Assembly: GCA_013265495.1 (NCBI GenBank)
Contig: MU058636.1
Location: 1,736,001-1,800,000, forward strand
Length of the DNA: 64,000 nucleotides
DNA from: Vicugna vicugna
Lineage: Eukaryota
Direction: 5' to 3'
The translations under genes were made by a program, and so were the position numbers. Below the pieces are notes generated by a model. That model saw only the letters and a program-made list of their open reading frames with translations, did not search any database and was not told where the DNA came from. Positions 62,241 through 64,000 of this stretch are shown one piece after another. Within the stretch, counting starts at the first letter, position 1. Each line of letters opens with the position of its first letter.

Positions 62241-63239
62241 AGGCCAAGACATCTTTCTACTACTGAGTTTTTGTCACTCAAAGAGATTGCAGACAGGCAC
62301 ACAGTAAAGGCTATATATGTGTTGGATCACTAAATATTATTGAAAATATTCCTTCTTCTAACCAATAAATCATGTGAAATGCAGGTTGGTTCACGAAGGC
62401 GGCAGGAGTAACCCTAAAGTGAGGGGAAAGGCTTTTTTGGGCTCCAGCAGGAATCTGGAGGTAAGGAAAGGTTCCCAGGAGAACAAAGGATTAGTCACAG
62501 GAAACGGTGGTGGAGGGGGTGCGAAGAAAGGGAAATCTCAATGGAAACAAGAAGCTGGTTATCCAGGACTGCGATGAGAAGGGAAGCGATGAGGCCCGGG
62601 GTTTCTAGCCACTGCGTATCTGGATGACAGAACAGAGCCACAGGGATGAGCCGAGGGCTGCAAGGGTGGCCGCGGGGGTGCTGGAGGAGGGGCACACTTA
62701 GATCCTTTGGAGTCTCAACTTCCGTTCACACTTTTCCTTTCAGCTGCAAAGTAAACTGAGGGCCTCAGAAAGATTAAACAAAAACAGGAGGAAAGGGCTG
62801 GTGTCTTGGAGGGTGGGGGTCCACTCCCGGGGAGAAAGCACTAAACCCAGTCCTGGGGTGCAGTCTCCTATATTGCCCCTTCCACATTTCTCTTATGGTA
62901 GAAAGAGCCAGTGAGGTAGAGGACAAGACAATTATCCAATTAAATTAGATTCTTAGGCTGTATTTATCTATATGACTGGGAGGAGTGCTTAACTATCTGG
63001 AAAATAATTTCAACTCTCCACTTATTTCTGCTTGATTTTTTTTTCCCCTAGGAATCAATGGCAAGCCTTTGATTCAAAGTCTGAGGTCCTTTTTCCTGAA
63101 TGAGTTAGATCTTTCCTGGCCCCTGTCAGACCTGGATACCAGACTCTAAGGAAATCCCAGAGTAGGAAGGAAGGATTCCCTGGGGGAATAAAAACCGCCT
63201 GCATGTAAGTGCCCCTGAAAGGAAAGGTAACCTACGAAA

Positions 63240-64000
63240 ATTCAAAGCACATTATGGAAAAAAATTCTCATTATTTACATCACATCATTCGCTTTACTGC
63301 TTCAACCCAGAGTATAATTTAATTTTGAGAGCAAATTAATTATAAAAAATATATACTCTAATAAACTAAGCTCCACACAAATTCACCACAAACACATCCA
63401 TGGAGTTAAGTGATGTTCATGTACTGTTTTCCTTTAATGGGATACAATGGCTTAAAAATTCTTACTGCCAAGCCAAATTCAGCCCTTGGCATGCTTGGGA
63501 AACCACCAAGGCAGACTCAGCCATTTACCAAAAACAAGGTAATTCTGTGTTTTCCAGGTACAAACTGCATCTCGGGAAGGGAAGGGGGAAGAGGGCAGGC
63601 CAGGGCCTCCAATATCAGCGAGGGCCATCAGGACGTCCCGCTAATAAACGACTTTTTCACTGTCCACACTATAATTGGTTTACAGCCTTTTTTGTTTGTT
63701 TATCCATAAGAGCTGCTGTTAAATGGCTCGGCAAGGCGCTCGCCTAATGGCTCGGTATCGCTCCCGGGCCTGTGGGAGGCGAGAGGGGCGCAGGCGTCAG
63801 CGGGGATTCAGAGCGGAAACGCATTTCACCTGTAATGGACTTGGCGCTTTTATGATACCCTGAGCTACATCCACAGAAGAAACACAACCCACGATCTTGC
63901 CCAGTGGCAGGTTCTGCTGGGTGCGTCTTTTATATGTATATACAATATAATTAGCCAATCCAAAAATCCTGTTACCTTTGTCCCACCTAATAGCAGTAAC
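63240..64000. promoter_or_regulatory. Candidate conserved enhancer or promoter-proximal element, possibly continuing past the window end
   Basis: Repeat-free; homeodomain TAATT/TAATGG sites, forkhead TGTTTGTTTAT (63693-63703), TTTTATGA (~63848) and rising CpG density. Confidence 0.55.

Noticed and set aside
1..64000. CRISPR array, prokaryotic defence system or other novel multi-gene system
   Set aside because: The sequence is clearly mammalian, with no regularly spaced repeat-spacer array and no operon-like coding density.
6930..64000. Assigning the region to a named developmental gene locus
   Set aside because: The architecture suggests such a locus, but no exon is visible and I cannot identify the elements from memory; a genome alignment is needed.

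Overview
Mammalian genomic DNA, most likely from a camelid (alpaca, llama or camel). The evidence is three tRNA-derived SINEs matching the camelid vic-1 type and young L1 3' ends of artiodactyl type. I cannot support any protein-coding gene here. The only ORFs in the six-frame track that I recognise are fragments of LINE-1 ORF2; the rest look like chance ORFs in GC-rich sequence. The window reads as intergenic or intronic regulatory DNA. Much of it is transposon debris: L1 of several ages, L2, MIR, MLT1/MLT2/LTR33-type LTRs, and MER5/MER20 DNA transposons. An AT-rich, L1-dense block spans about 32-49 kb. Between the repeats are repeat-free, motif-dense blocks that look like conserved developmental enhancers (about 6.9-8.1, 9.9-10.4, 23.7-23.9, 59-60 and 63.2-64 kb). 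There are also two CpG-rich islands and several CTCF-like sites. I did not find a convincing new biological system. The best leads are a same-strand cluster of RAATGCGC motifs across the 6-10 kb enhancer/CpG block, a 29-bp apparent templated insertion, and several well-resolved retrotransposition footprints. Repeat boundaries and subfamily names come from visual recognition and are approximate; the locus identity is unknown.
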